DNA of 64,000 nucleotides from Candidatus Kapaibacterium sp. (GCA_013414795.1 CP058732.1:1097744-1161743); one strand, 5' to 3'; numbered from the stretch's first letter, positions 1 through 10,364 are shown. A program made the numbers and translations. Notes: generated by a model not told the origin, from the sequence alone.

Positions 1-846
1 GTATTTTTTGCTTGGGTCATCTGGTGGAATGAAATAACTCATATTTTCAACAACACCAAGAATTTCGACATTGACTTTTCTAAACATTGCTATACTTCTG
101 CGGACATCGGCAACGGCTATTTCTTGAGGTGTTGTAACTATAATTGCCCCAGTAAGAGGAATTTTTTGTGTCAAAGTCAATTGTACATCCCCAGTTCCTG
201 GCGGCAAATCGAAAACAAGGTAGTCGAGTTCGCCCCATTCGATTTGTTCAAAGAGCATTGAAAAATAACCAGCAAGCAAGGGACCACGAACGATTGCAGC
301 CTCGTTCTTTTGTAAAATCATACCCATCGAGGCTACTTTTATTCCGTACTTTTCCAATGGGAATGCCATTGTAGTCCCATCGGGCATTTCCACCACTTCG
401 AAAGGTTGTTCGTTAAGTCCAAACATCGTTGGTTGGCTGGGTCCGTAGATATCGCCGTCGAGTATTCCAACTCTTGCCCCTGTAAGATGTAATGCAGCAG
501 TAAGATTGGCTGCTATCGAAGATTTGCCAACACCGCCTTTCCCAGAAGCAACTGCAATGATATTTTTTACTTGTTTTAAAACTTTTCGTTTGGATAGGTC
601 ATACATTCTTTCCGATACATTAACCTCAACCTCGACGCTGGGGTAAAGTTTAACAATCTCCTCGTTGATTTTTTGACTTATTTCATCATAAACAGTAAAG
701 ATTGGCTGAACAAGTTCGATGTATACTTTTACAGTATTGTCTTCGATTGTAACTTCTTTGATTGCGTTAAGTTCGGCGAGGGTTTTGTTTAAATCTGGAT
801 CTTCGATGTTTACGATTGCGTTTACAATATCAACTTTGTTAATCAT
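1..846 (-). CDS. apbC: Fe-S cluster carrier ATPase Mrp/ApbC (NBP35/ParA family) with N-terminal DUF59-like domain; 3' end runs off window start
   Basis: Reverse-strand translation from ATG at 844-846 gives MINKVDIVNAIVNIEDP... followed by Walker A 'IIAVASGKGGVGKSS', 'LDGDIYGPS' and 'DYLVFDLPPGTGD', typical of Mrp/ApbC. No stop codon appears before position 1, so the gene is partial. Confidence 0.85.
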   Translation of the reverse strand, partial: MINKVDIVNAIVNIEDPDLNKTLAELNAIKEVTIEDNTVKVYIELVQPIFTVYDEISQKINEEIVKLYPSVEVEVNVSERMYDLSKRKVLKQVKNIIAVASGKGGVGKSSIAANLTAALHLTGARVGILDGDIYGPSQPTMFGLNEQPFEVVEMPDGTTMAFPLEKYGIKVASMGMILQKNEAAIVRGPLLAGYFSMLFEQIEWGELDYLVFDLPPGTGDVQLTLTQKIPLTGAIIVTTPQEIAVADVRRSIAMFRKVNVEILGVVENMSYFIPPDDPSKKY

Positions 847-959
847 AATAATTCCTCTTAAAAAAACACAAAAACGAAATTTGAAAAATGATATTTTTTC
901 GATTAAACCTTTTCAACTAAAATTATGTCTAAAAGGTGTAATTTGTTCATTTAAATTTT

Positions 960-1553
960 ATGAGGTCAGTTATGAAAAAGTTAATGTTTTTTGGTCTTTC
1001 AATCTTGTTATTGAGTTTTGTTTTTATTTCGGATACTTATGGACAAGGTCGAGGCGGGAAGAGAAATTTTCAAGGGCGTGGTGCAAACTGCCAGTTCGTA
1101 GATTTAAACAATGATGGTATCTGCGATAATTTTGTAGACGCAAACAACGACGGAATCTGTGACAATTGCCCTGGGTGTGGAAAAGGTGGATGGAGAGGTA
1201 AGGGAAACAATTTCCAAGGACAGGGTTTACATTTACGACAAAGAAATTTTGTCGATAATAATGGAGATGGAATTTGCGACAACTACCAAAGTCGAGCATT
1301 TATTTCAAGACCCTCCCCAAATCCATTCACTTCAACAACGAATTTTTCTCTGTCTTTACCTTCTGCTGGAAATGTTTCAATAACAGTTAATGACCTTGAA
1401 GGAAAAGTTGTGAAAAATGTTTTTAGCGGCAAATTAGAAAAGGGAGACCATAATTTTACCATCGATTCACAAAATTTAACCCCGGGGCGTTATTTAATAG
1501 TTGTAAAGTTTAACAACAGAACATTTTCGAGGCATATTTTCTATCGACCGTAA
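960..1553 (+). CDS. small secreted T9SS cargo protein with three thrombospondin-type-3-like Ca-binding repeats (FVDxNNDGICDN, DNCPGCG) and C-terminal Por/T9SS sorting domain
   Basis: N-terminal signal peptide (MKKLMFFGLSILLLSFVFIS). Three copies of FVD-x-N[ND]DGICDN, one followed by DNCPGCG. The C-terminal ~70 aa (SLSLPSAGNVSITVNDLEGKVV...GRYLIVVKFNNRTF) resemble a T9SS C-terminal domain. Confidence 0.7.
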   Translation: MRSVMKKLMFFGLSILLLSFVFISDTYGQGRGGKRNFQGRGANCQFVDLNNDGICDNFVDANNDGICDNCPGCGKGGWRGKGNNFQGQGLHLRQRNFVDNNGDGICDNYQSRAFISRPSPNPFTSTTNFSLSLPSAGNVSITVNDLEGKVVKNVFSGKLEKGDHNFTIDSQNLTPGRYLIVVKFNNRTFSRHIFYRP

Positions 1554-1573
1554 GTCGAATCCAACAAATTCAC

Positions 1574-1607
1574 GACTGCTCCAGATTATGGAGCAGTCTT
1601 TTTTTTT
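1574..1607 (+). terminator. rho-independent terminator (GACTGCTCC-loop-GGAGCAGTC + T9)
   Basis: Perfect 9-bp inverted repeat directly followed by a run of 9 T, 20 nt after the stop at 1553. Confidence 0.65.
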
Positions 1608-1621
1608 ATTTTTGAATTTGT

Positions 1622-2497
1622 ATGGAAACAAAAACAAAGAGAAAATTTAGCAAAATTTCTGTAGCGGTTAGTTCTTTTATAGTAGCCATCTTTTTGACTA
1701 CCTTTAAAGCAGTAGTTGGAATTGCTACTGGGAGTTTAGGAATTATTTCCGAAGCAATTCATTCTGGAATGGATATGTTCGCTGCGGGGATAACTTTGTT
1801 TTCTGTTAAATTTTCGTCCAAACCACCAGATGAAAGGCACAACTTTGGGCACGGCAAGATAGAAAATATTTCAGCATTCATCGAAGCGTTATTACTTTTG
1901 GCAACAAGTTTTTGGGTGATTTGGGAAGCATATGAAAGATTAACTGGAAAAAATGTCGAAGTAGAGGTTAATTTTTGGAGTTTCTTTGTAATAATTTTTG
2001 CTATAATCATTGATGTAAACCGTGCAAGAATATTAAAAAAGGCTTCGGAAGAATATCAAAGCCAAGCCCTCGAAGCCGATGCATTGCACTTTTCCTCTGA
2101 TATCCTTACTTCTGGCGTTGTACTTTTAGGTTTGGTTTTCACTTTATTAAAGATACCAACTGCTGATGTAATTGCTGCAATAATCGTATCTCTTGTTGTT
2201 ATGCAGATGTCTTTGAAATTGGCATATAATTCAATTAATTTTTTGTTAGATAGTGCACCAATTGCAAAGCAGACTATCAAAGAAATTGTCACTCGTGTTC
2301 CCGATGTTCGGGATGTCCACGATATTCGAGTGCGGTCCTCTGGCTCGACAATTTTTGTTGATATGAACATACACGTAAATCCAAATTTGTCGATTGAGGA
2401 TGCCCATAAGATATCACACCAAGTCGAAGAAGAGATTCGCAAAGAATTTTCAAATTGTGAAATACATATCCATCAAGAACCAGATGATTCTCATTAA
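1622..2497 (+). CDS. cation diffusion facilitator (CDF) family divalent-metal efflux transporter
   Basis: Six predicted TM segments. CDF signature region 'HSGMDMFAAGITLF...ERHNFGHGKIENISAFIEALLL'. C-terminal cytoplasmic domain. Confidence 0.85.
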   Translation: METKTKRKFSKISVAVSSFIVAIFLTTFKAVVGIATGSLGIISEAIHSGMDMFAAGITLFSVKFSSKPPDERHNFGHGKIENISAFIEALLLLATSFWVIWEAYERLTGKNVEVEVNFWSFFVIIFAIIIDVNRARILKKASEEYQSQALEADALHFSSDILTSGVVLLGLVFTLLKIPTADVIAAIIVSLVVMQMSLKLAYNSINFLLDSAPIAKQTIKEIVTRVPDVRDVHDIRVRSSGSTIFVDMNIHVNPNLSIEDAHKISHQVEEEIRKEFSNCEIHIHQEPDDSH

Positions 2498-2509
2498 AGG
2501 AAATCCTAA

Positions 2510-3130
2510 ATGAAAATGTTTCGTTTTGTGAGTTTGGTTTTTGTGTTTTTGATTTTTTGTGGTTTTGCCTCGAACGATGATGGTTTGAATGTTATCAAAT
2601 CCGATAAAGGATTTATTTTTGTCTTTAACGATAGCCTCGAAAGTTTTCTTTTGGAGTTTAGGGGAAAGAAATTTGTGGATATTGAACCCGAAGAACTGAT
2701 TTTTTCAATCGATGGACAAGTAATTCAATTTACTATCGTCCCCGTAAAAGAGTTTTATGTTCCAAATCTTGAAAAAGATACTCTACAACAGCATTTTGAG
2801 TTTGAAGTTGATTATATATCTAAAAGTTTTAATTCGCAATTGGACAAAGTCGAGCCAAAAAAATTTAAAACTCGACTTGGGAGAAAGGCATATTATTGGG
2901 AATTGGAACGGAAAGTCCCCCCGTCGGATACTTCAAACGAAACTGTTACCAAACAAATTTTTGCTTCGACTAATACCAATTTGTTTGTTGTGTTGATTTC
3001 GTCCCCATTAACTCGAAAAAATAACTATGCCGAATGCAAAAGAAGAATCTTTAATGCATTAAAAAATATTCAAATAAATTACGGCAAATACAATCTTGAT
3101 TCATTACGCTATTCGTTAAAAAGAAAATAA
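2510..3130 (+). CDS. hypothetical secreted protein
   Basis: Signal-peptide-like N-terminus (MKMFRFVSLVFVFLIFCGFAS). No recognisable catalytic motif. Lies 12 bp downstream of the CDF gene. Confidence 0.5.
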   Translation: MKMFRFVSLVFVFLIFCGFASNDDGLNVIKSDKGFIFVFNDSLESFLLEFRGKKFVDIEPEELIFSIDGQVIQFTIVPVKEFYVPNLEKDTLQQHFEFEVDYISKSFNSQLDKVEPKKFKTRLGRKAYYWELERKVPPSDTSNETVTKQIFASTNTNLFVVLISSPLTRKNNYAECKRRIFNALKNIQINYGKYNLDSLRYSLKRK

Positions 3131-3221
3131 TTAGCCACCAAAATCTTTTTCATTTCGTCATTGATATTTATTATTTGTTTTTTAAATATATTTGTTTTTG
3201 TGGTTTAATTTGCTTTAAAAA

Positions 3222-4706
3222 ATGGAATTTTGGTCTTACGACGACGATGATGAACTATTCGACGATGAGAACGATGGCGATAACGAAAATAACATCGACG
3301 AAGCCTACGTTCAAATGTTCAGTGCTTGGTTCGAATTGAAAAAGCGCTCGGGGGAAGACTTTACATATGAAGACCTCGAGAAAATTGAGGAATTGTTAGA
3401 TGTTTGTATAGATAATGGTTTATACGAAAATGCTTTAAACTTCTGCGATACTTTGCTTGAATACAATCCTTCTTCGAACGAGTTGCTTACCAAGAAGGGT
3501 ATTATTCTTATGAATATGAAAAACTTCTCCGCAGCGATAAACTCATTGGAAAGGGCTGTGGAAATAAATCCCAACAACTCGGAATCGCTGATTAATTTAA
3601 GTTTGTCTTATTTCAACTCGGGTGAATATCAAAAATCACTGGAATTAATAGACCGTGCAATTAACATCGAACCAAGCGATTTCGCGTTGTATCAGAAAGG
3701 CGTTATTTTGCAAACTTACCAAAGACTTGACGAAGCACTTGAGATTTTTAAAGCACTTTTAGGCTCCGAAGAGTATAAAGAGGAGGCTCTTCAAGAAATT
3801 TCGCATATTTTGTTTCTCCAAGGTAAGTTCGAAGAGAGTCTTCGAATAAATTACCAAGCAGTAAAGCAAGAACCAGAAAATTTTTGGTACTGGTTCAATA
3901 TTGGTTTATGTTATTTAGAACTTGGGAGGTACTACCGAGCCATCGAGGCTTTCCAAAAATCTATTTCCATCAATCCCTTTTTCGTTTATCCTTATTTGTA
4001 CTTAAGTTGGGCATATTCCAGTATTGGAAGATACAAGCAAGCAATTCATTCCCTTTTGAAGTATTCTCTTAATCGTTACGACAGGTACGTTTATTTTCAG
4101 ATAGCAAATCTTTTAGGCGATATTGGATTTTACGAAGAAGCAATTGATTTATATCTTACTATAACGGATAGAGACCATATGTTTGCTCCTGCACACATTG
4201 GTCTGGCATTGTGCTATAAAGAGTTAGATGAAATTTCCACGGCGGAGGATTGCTTTAAAACTGGGACTTCGCTCGACCCAAAGAACGTTGAATTTTGGCA
4301 GATGGCAATTTCTTTCCTCTTTGAGAATAGAAAAATTAGCAGAGGATTTTCTTGGCTTGCGAGCGCCTTGAATAACAATCCACAAAGCGAAGAATTACTT
4401 TCAGACTTGCACTTCTATGTGTTTAAATTTAAGCGATTCAACGAAGGTATTGAAATTTTGGAGAATATCAAGCCTTTGGCTCCTAACAACGCAAATATGC
4501 TATTTATGTTAGGCGAATTTTATGCAAGAAGTGGTAAGTTGGAAAAAGCAATCGAATATTTCACTGAAAGTATTCATTTGAATCAAAAACTATATCATAG
4601 TTTGAAATCAATAATGAATATTATTTTGAAGAAGAAAGACCATTCAACATTTGAAAAGATGCTGAATTTGAAACTCTCCTTACAAGAGTTGAAATTCAAA
4701 AAGTAG
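3222..4706 (+). CDS. TPR-repeat protein with highly acidic N-terminus
   Basis: Multiple ~34-aa repeats with W/LG/Y/A/F/A/P periodicity (for example 'ALNFCDTLLEYNPSSNELLTKKGIIL', 'AVEINPNNSESLINLSLSYFNSGEY'). N-terminus DDDDELFDDENDGDNENN. Confidence 0.7.
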   Translation: MEFWSYDDDDELFDDENDGDNENNIDEAYVQMFSAWFELKKRSGEDFTYEDLEKIEELLDVCIDNGLYENALNFCDTLLEYNPSSNELLTKKGIILMNMKNFSAAINSLERAVEINPNNSESLINLSLSYFNSGEYQKSLELIDRAINIEPSDFALYQKGVILQTYQRLDEALEIFKALLGSEEYKEEALQEISHILFLQGKFEESLRINYQAVKQEPENFWYWFNIGLCYLELGRYYRAIEAFQKSISINPFFVYPYLYLSWAYSSIGRYKQAIHSLLKYSLNRYDRYVYFQIANLLGDIGFYEEAIDLYLTITDRDHMFAPAHIGLALCYKELDEISTAEDCFKTGTSLDPKNVEFWQMAISFLFENRKISRGFSWLASALNNNPQSEELLSDLHFYVFKFKRFNEGIEILENIKPLAPNNANMLFMLGEFYARSGKLEKAIEYFTESIHLNQKLYHSLKSIMNIILKKKDHSTFEKMLNLKLSLQELKFKK

Positions 4707-4709
4707 TTT

Positions 4710-5705
4710 TCAAGGTTGGATTTTACTGTTTTTTGAAGTTGGTTCGTTCCCTTGTTTTTTATCATTCGGTTTCTTCAAAGATTGTGAAGGTGTTAATCGC
4801 ACATCTCTTGGTAATATTCCTCGACTAATCAATGTATCCAAAGCATATTCATATCTTTTCCGTTCATTTTTGGGAATCATTGTTCTCAATTCGGGTGGGA
4901 TATGAACGATTGGGATGTATGGAAGTTCAAATTCTAACGGGTTTTTGGGTAGTGAAACCACTGGCTGGTTGGAGGATAACTCGAGCCATTTCTTTTTTCC
5001 CTCGCCAAAGTTGAAGAAATCAATAATAATGACGGGTGTGCCCGACATAGGAATTAATTTGCCGGTTGAATCCTTTTTTGGTAATTCAGCCCAGTTATAA
5101 AGCCATTCAGCGTCTTCCCGAAATTGACGAATACACATATGGGAGGCGGGATAGCCAGGCATTTCAAATTGGTGGAATGCCATACCAGTGAGCCGATGGA
5201 AATTCAGTGTGAATGGCATAATCCAATTTTCGTTAAATGAGGATCTACGAAGTCTTTCTTTCCATTGTATATAGTATCTACCAGGATAAGTTGGAGTGGA
5301 TCTTTTGCCCGAGTTCACAGCCGAGAAACGAACGATTTTACCATATTCGTAACAAGCATATGCTTGATAAAGATTTGAAACGACAATCAATTTTGGAATG
5401 TTATTTGCCGATTCATATTTTTGTGGAAAGACTGAATAGAAACGCAAATCCTCAACAAAGGTATCAGGAATGATTATAGGCTGTTTAATACGAAAAAATC
5501 TTAATTCCTTTCGGTTTAAAGTTGTAATTACACGATATTTTACGTAGTTTCTCTTTGGAGAACATTCTTGAAGAAATAAATTTAAATCTTTTGAAGATTT
5601 GAAACTTATGGTTCGATAATTGATTTTTGTAAAATTTGATATTTCTTGACTAAATAGTTCACCTAACCAAAAAAACAAAAGACAAAAGATGATTGGGTAT
5701 GCCAT
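4710..5705 (-). CDS. secreted L,D-transpeptidase-like (YkuD-fold) protein
   Basis: Signal peptide. Segment 'AFHQFEMPGYPASHMCIRQF' resembles the Ldt catalytic H...SHGC(I/V)R motif, with Met replacing Gly. Function tentative. Confidence 0.45.
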   Translation of the reverse strand: MAYPIIFCLLFFWLGELFSQEISNFTKINYRTISFKSSKDLNLFLQECSPKRNYVKYRVITTLNRKELRFFRIKQPIIIPDTFVEDLRFYSVFPQKYESANNIPKLIVVSNLYQAYACYEYGKIVRFSAVNSGKRSTPTYPGRYYIQWKERLRRSSFNENWIMPFTLNFHRLTGMAFHQFEMPGYPASHMCIRQFREDAEWLYNWAELPKKDSTGKLIPMSGTPVIIIDFFNFGEGKKKWLELSSNQPVVSLPKNPLEFELPYIPIVHIPPELRTMIPKNERKRYEYALDTLISRGILPRDVRLTPSQSLKKPNDKKQGNEPTSKNSKIQP

Positions 5706-5720
5706 TTGAATACTATATGT

Positions 5721-6707
5721 TTAAATTAGAAGTTTTCCTTCCTTCATTATCAACTTGTCGTCGAAATAAACATTAGGTTTGGTAATAATTCCATCAATGT
5801 GTCCTTTGGCTTTTATTTTACCGCCCATTGTAAGATTATTTCCAAAAGCGATATGAACTGTGCCAAGCACTTTTTCGTCCTCAAGTATGATTCCAGTGAT
5901 TTTGGCTTTGTAATTGGTTCCAATTCCGAATTCACCTATGGCAAAGGCTTCGTGTCCAATGGATTTAAGCATATCATAAAGTTGTTTTGCTTCCTCATCT
6001 CCTTCGAAATCGACGCCATAGCCATCCTCGACAACAACTTTAACTGGGTGTTTCAAAATTCCAATACCTGCAATAGAACCGTCGAAGACTATGACTCCGT
6101 TACTTTGCTTTTCCCAAGGAGCAAGATAAACTTCCCCAGAGGGGAGATTTCCGTATTCGCCAATATTTCTCAAAATACCCGTGCTTTTAATAATTGTTCG
6201 GTTCTTGATTGGAAGAGTTATGTCCGTGCCAAGTTCAGTAGTTACTCTTATAGTCGAAACGTTTTGAAGTTTTTTTGCAACTTTTTCTGTTGTTTCAAGA
6301 ATTTTGTTTGCATCGGCACTTAAGCAACGCAACATAGTTTCTGCAGTTATTCCAGGCATTGTTGCAATTCGGACTCCGAGTTTCGAGGCTTCGCGTCGAG
6401 CGTTCGTATGAGTTATGGATTTGCTGGTCGGTGCGACGACTACATCAACTTCTTGCATCAGATTTGCTATTGGTTCTGGTGGCTCTTGTCCGTTGACTTC
6501 ACGAGGTTTGATTTCACAATAGAATGTTTCGTGGGCAATTTCTTTTCCCACTTCAAAGAAAGTCAAACCAATATCGCGAAGTGGTTCATCAGACAAAACA
6601 AGCAATGTTTCAACAGAAGTAACTCCAAGATAATCTTGCAATGCGATTCTTGCGGCGTCTTGTAAAGTTAGTTCTTTTTCTTCTTCTTTTTTCTTCTTTC
6701 GAGGCAT
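5721..6707 (-). CDS. M29-like (AmpS/PepS-type) aminopeptidase family protein
   Basis: C-terminal 'EFGIGTNYKAKITGIILEDEKVLGTVHIAFGNN' matches the M29 'thermophilic metalloprotease' signature pattern. Lys-rich N-terminus. About 80 aa shorter than canonical PepS. Confidence 0.5.
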   Translation of the reverse strand: MPRKKKKEEEKELTLQDAARIALQDYLGVTSVETLLVLSDEPLRDIGLTFFEVGKEIAHETFYCEIKPREVNGQEPPEPIANLMQEVDVVVAPTSKSITHTNARREASKLGVRIATMPGITAETMLRCLSADANKILETTEKVAKKLQNVSTIRVTTELGTDITLPIKNRTIIKSTGILRNIGEYGNLPSGEVYLAPWEKQSNGVIVFDGSIAGIGILKHPVKVVVEDGYGVDFEGDEEAKQLYDMLKSIGHEAFAIGEFGIGTNYKAKITGIILEDEKVLGTVHIAFGNNLTMGGKIKAKGHIDGIITKPNVYFDDKLIMKEGKLLI

Positions 6708-6726
6708 ATTGTACCTATTTTTTATT

Positions 6727-7977
6727 TTAAAATTTTGGTTTTTCGAGGTCGAATTTTGTAGATTTTCGATTTGATTTTAATAAAAGGTATCCAAATAAAA
6801 CTCCAAAAATACCAAAAAATGAGAAAATCCACATTCCAGTTGTGTAACCTTGGGTGATTTCGTTTACTTTCCCAATTAATATATTCGTTGCAAACAAGCC
6901 AATATTTTGAATCATTGTCATAAATCCGTAAGCAGTTCCAAGTTTTTCTTCGTCCACTACATATGCAACAGAGGGCCACATCACAGCGGGAATCAGAGAG
7001 AATGCAATTCCCATAATGGACATAGGTATGAACAATGAAATTTTGGTATAAGCCATAATTAAATAAACAGGTATAATCAACATTGAGCCGAAAATCATAA
7101 GTTTTGCTCTGTGTCCAATTTTGTCAACAAGTATACCAAAAAGTGGGGTCATAATCATTGCAGAAAGTGTCAAGATACTTGAAAGGAACCCAGCAGTTTC
7201 GCGGGAAACCCCGTGTACCTCTTGAAAAAACTTGATGGCAAAAGTTTGAAAGGGGAACATTGCCGAATAAAATGTTACGCAAAGAAGAGTAATGTACCAG
7301 AAAGCAGAACCAAATTTGAATACTTCTTTTATAACGAGTTTTTCTTGTTTCTGCTCTTCGTGCAAAACGAACTTTTTTCTTGCCCAGACGTCGAGGAAAT
7401 AGTAAGTCAATACTGCTATAACAGACACAAGAGAAGCAACGAAAGATATGAGCAAAGGTCCTTGCCAATTGTCGTAAAAAGATTTTGCCCAAGTTGGAGA
7501 ATTGAGTGCTGCAAAGGAACCCAATCGAGCAATTGTAAGATTCAAGCCAAAAGCAAAGGAAAGTTCTTTCCCTTTAAACCACTTTGCAAGTGTGGTAGTG
7601 ATAGAAACAATTAAAGATTCGGCACCCAAGCCAAAAATCAAACGCCCCGCTGCCATAGTAACTATATCGCCTTTGATGAATGTGAAGAATGCCCCAATCA
7701 TACAAAGAGTAGAAAATAATAGATTCGCTTTTCGGGTTCCAATTCTATCGATAATCATACCACCGATGGCAACCATAATGATGTTTGGGAAACTGTAAAT
7801 TCCTTGAAGCAGTCCAATGTTATCGTCAGTGAAATGTAGTTGTTTGGCAAGAACATCGGCAAGGGGTGAAATCGAATCGTATACATAGTAATTTCCAAAC
7901 ATTGCAAAAGAAACAACAGAAAGCACGAACCAACGCAAAGCGACTGGTGGTTCTCGCAAATTATTGATTGAATTCAT
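6727..7977 (-). CDS. MFS transporter (12 TM)
   Basis: Hydrophobic periodicity with the MFS loop motif 'GGMIIDRIGTRKAN' between TM2 and TM3. Confidence 0.8.
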   Translation of the reverse strand: MNSINNLREPPVALRWFVLSVVSFAMFGNYYVYDSISPLADVLAKQLHFTDDNIGLLQGIYSFPNIIMVAIGGMIIDRIGTRKANLLFSTLCMIGAFFTFIKGDIVTMAAGRLIFGLGAESLIVSITTTLAKWFKGKELSFAFGLNLTIARLGSFAALNSPTWAKSFYDNWQGPLLISFVASLVSVIAVLTYYFLDVWARKKFVLHEEQKQEKLVIKEVFKFGSAFWYITLLCVTFYSAMFPFQTFAIKFFQEVHGVSRETAGFLSSILTLSAMIMTPLFGILVDKIGHRAKLMIFGSMLIIPVYLIMAYTKISLFIPMSIMGIAFSLIPAVMWPSVAYVVDEEKLGTAYGFMTMIQNIGLFATNILIGKVNEITQGYTTGMWIFSFFGIFGVLFGYLLLKSNRKSTKFDLEKPKF

Positions 7978-7991
7978 TTCGTTTACCCTTT

Positions 7992-10364
7992 TTATTTATG
8001 TTCCTTGGAAGTGACAAAATGGAGATGCTTTCCAATTTCATACCTATAAGTTAGGACCAACCCGACGAGGACCAAGAAAATTGTAAGCGATGTAATAAAT
8101 GCCCCAAATTTAAATGCACTCGATTCAAACTTCATTTCAAGGATATGTTCACCTTTTGGAATTTCCACAGCACGGAAACAATAATTTGCTCGGTAAACTT
8201 CGAATTGAATTCCATCGACGTAGGCTTTCCAATCGGGATACCAAATTTCGCTTAAGACAAGAAAAGCAGACTTGTTGGTTTTTATACGATATTTGAAATA
8301 ATTGTCACTATAAAATAGACAAGTTACTGACACATCTGAAAGAGAGTCGGTAGTATTTTTTACGAAGGTTGGCATTTTTTCGAGCACGACTTTCCTTCGG
8401 TAATCAATCGGGGTTTTTTGCATATAATCTTTTATTTCGTTTTCCTTTACGACGACGAAACTATCAACAAGCCAGGCTCTCGGGTAATAGTTTTCTCTTT
8501 CGACAAAGCCCCAAGTTCCTTTTTCAAGGTCGATTTTTACTTCGTATTTGACATTATACAAATCGTTGACTTGTTTGGAATTTTTCAAAGGTGGAAGCAC
8601 TCTTTCAAGAATTAATGGATTGTAGCCATCGATAAGCATTATCCCGTCCATAAGTCCTTGGTTTCTTTGCAAAGCCATAAATCGAATTGGTTCGTATATT
8701 CTGGAACTGACCCGAAAAATTTCGTTAGGAATTTTAGGAGTAAGCACTGCCTTGAGTTCTGGTCTAATTTCGTAAACTTTTTCTGGGTTGTTAGGGTTTC
8801 TGTTGAAATTTGCACCAACTAAATATAAATCAATAAACGAAAGAATAGAAAATATAATCCCAGCAACAGAAGGAGTTAAAATGGCTTTGTTCAACAAGAT
8901 TCCAATCGTTGCAACCAGCAAAATGAAAATTAAAGCAAAAGACCCAGAATCTTTTATGGTTTGATGAGCAATTACCGGGGCGTTGAAAATTTCGATGAAA
9001 CTTCCAGAAGCAGCCAGCAATGCAATGATTGTGGCAACTACAAGTGGAATAACAAACTTTATGAGAGTTTCGTTTTTGAAAGCGTTTTGCCAGAGGTAAT
9101 CGAAACCGAAGCCAGCCATAATCGTCATTCCAAGGATAAGAAAGAAAATCATTCTTCCTGGATTTCGGAAAACTCCAAAAAAAGGAAGATTGTACAATAA
9201 ATCGAAAACTGGGCTACCCCCGCCAAGTGCAAAAAGAAAACCGAAGACTGAAAGTATTGTAAAAAGAATTATGTAGCGATTCCTATAACCAAAAATAATT
9301 GCAAACAATCCAAGGATTGCAGAAGTAATTCCAAAATAATAAGTTGTTTCCCAAAAGAAGTGTATTTGTAATTCCTCGCCAAAACGAAGGTAAAAAGTGG
9401 AATTATCCAATTGTGAGCCTTCGACCCAACCGAAAAGTTTAGGAACTATTGCAGTATAGATTTGTTTGAATTGGAAAGCACCTTCTGTTGCTTTTTGATA
9501 CGAAACTTCGTTCCTTTGAGCATATTTGGATAAGTCCTTTGAAGGGAAGTATTGTATTGCAAATATTCCAAAAGCAACAATAAAAGGAACAAAGAACATC
9601 GCAAGTGCTTTTAAGATGTATCGAGGATTAAATTTGCCTTTAAAATAGAAAATCAAGGTGTAAATTCCAACCATTCCAAGCAATGTTAGAACGTAAAGCG
9701 TAGTTTGTGGATGTCCTGAAAGCAAAGTTAAACCGAGGATTAAACCAGCAATAATTGAATAGAAAATTTTGTTTTCCTCGAATCCTTTAATAAAATACAG
9801 TAAAATCAATGGTAACCAGGCAAGATGGTAGATAATCATTGGATGGATAACGTGGGCTACCATAAACATTGAGAAGGAGTAGGAAATAGCCGAAATCAAA
9901 GCCCCATAGGAAGAAATTTTTAGGTAACGGGCGAAGAGATATGTATTAATTTGTGCAAAAAGAAAATGTAAAATTATTATCAATTCAAGAGCAAGGACTG
10001 GAAGATTATTCCCCGAAATTGTGAAGAGAGAAAGAATTCGGTTAAATATATAGAAGAAACCAACTTGGATGTCTGAAAGGAAAGGCATTCCTGCAAATGT
10101 GTAAGGGTTCCAGAATGGAATTTCTCCCTTTGCAAAAGTTTTTGCTGCAAAGTTTTGGACTGGGTAGACGTATTCGACAAAATCTTCCCAAAAGAATGAG
10201 TTCGAAAATATTTGGTCGTAAAAAAAGATAAAAGTTGTTGTAAGGAAAAGCAAGAAAACAATCCAAAATGGTAACGCTTTTGGCTCTTTGACAGCCAAAA
10301 CAACATTTCTTTTTTTCTTTGAAGTTTTTGCCATATATAACCTAAAGTTTTTTGGCAATTGCAA
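7992..10364 (-). CDS. YfhO-family polytopic membrane protein (putative lipid-linked glycosyltransferase)
   Basis: 790 aa. More than 12 TM segments in the N-terminal 500 aa, one late TM, then a C-terminal soluble domain. This architecture is typical of the YfhO/PMT-like GT-C fold. Confidence 0.55.
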   Translation of the reverse strand: MQLPKNFRLYMAKTSKKKRNVVLAVKEPKALPFWIVFLLFLTTTFIFFYDQIFSNSFFWEDFVEYVYPVQNFAAKTFAKGEIPFWNPYTFAGMPFLSDIQVGFFYIFNRILSLFTISGNNLPVLALELIIILHFLFAQINTYLFARYLKISSYGALISAISYSFSMFMVAHVIHPMIIYHLAWLPLILLYFIKGFEENKIFYSIIAGLILGLTLLSGHPQTTLYVLTLLGMVGIYTLIFYFKGKFNPRYILKALAMFFVPFIVAFGIFAIQYFPSKDLSKYAQRNEVSYQKATEGAFQFKQIYTAIVPKLFGWVEGSQLDNSTFYLRFGEELQIHFFWETTYYFGITSAILGLFAIIFGYRNRYIILFTILSVFGFLFALGGGSPVFDLLYNLPFFGVFRNPGRMIFFLILGMTIMAGFGFDYLWQNAFKNETLIKFVIPLVVATIIALLAASGSFIEIFNAPVIAHQTIKDSGSFALIFILLVATIGILLNKAILTPSVAGIIFSILSFIDLYLVGANFNRNPNNPEKVYEIRPELKAVLTPKIPNEIFRVSSRIYEPIRFMALQRNQGLMDGIMLIDGYNPLILERVLPPLKNSKQVNDLYNVKYEVKIDLEKGTWGFVERENYYPRAWLVDSFVVVKENEIKDYMQKTPIDYRRKVVLEKMPTFVKNTTDSLSDVSVTCLFYSDNYFKYRIKTNKSAFLVLSEIWYPDWKAYVDGIQFEVYRANYCFRAVEIPKGEHILEMKFESSAFKFGAFITSLTIFLVLVGLVLTYRYEIGKHLHFVTSKEHK

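Noticed and set aside
719-1299. Several overlapping ORFs (719-1114 +, 1024-1299 -, 1070-1282 -, 1159-1383 +)
   Set aside because: They overlap the mrp gene end and the TSP3-repeat gene. The repeat DNA is open in several frames. Only the signal-peptide/T9SS frame (960-1553) gives a coherent protein.
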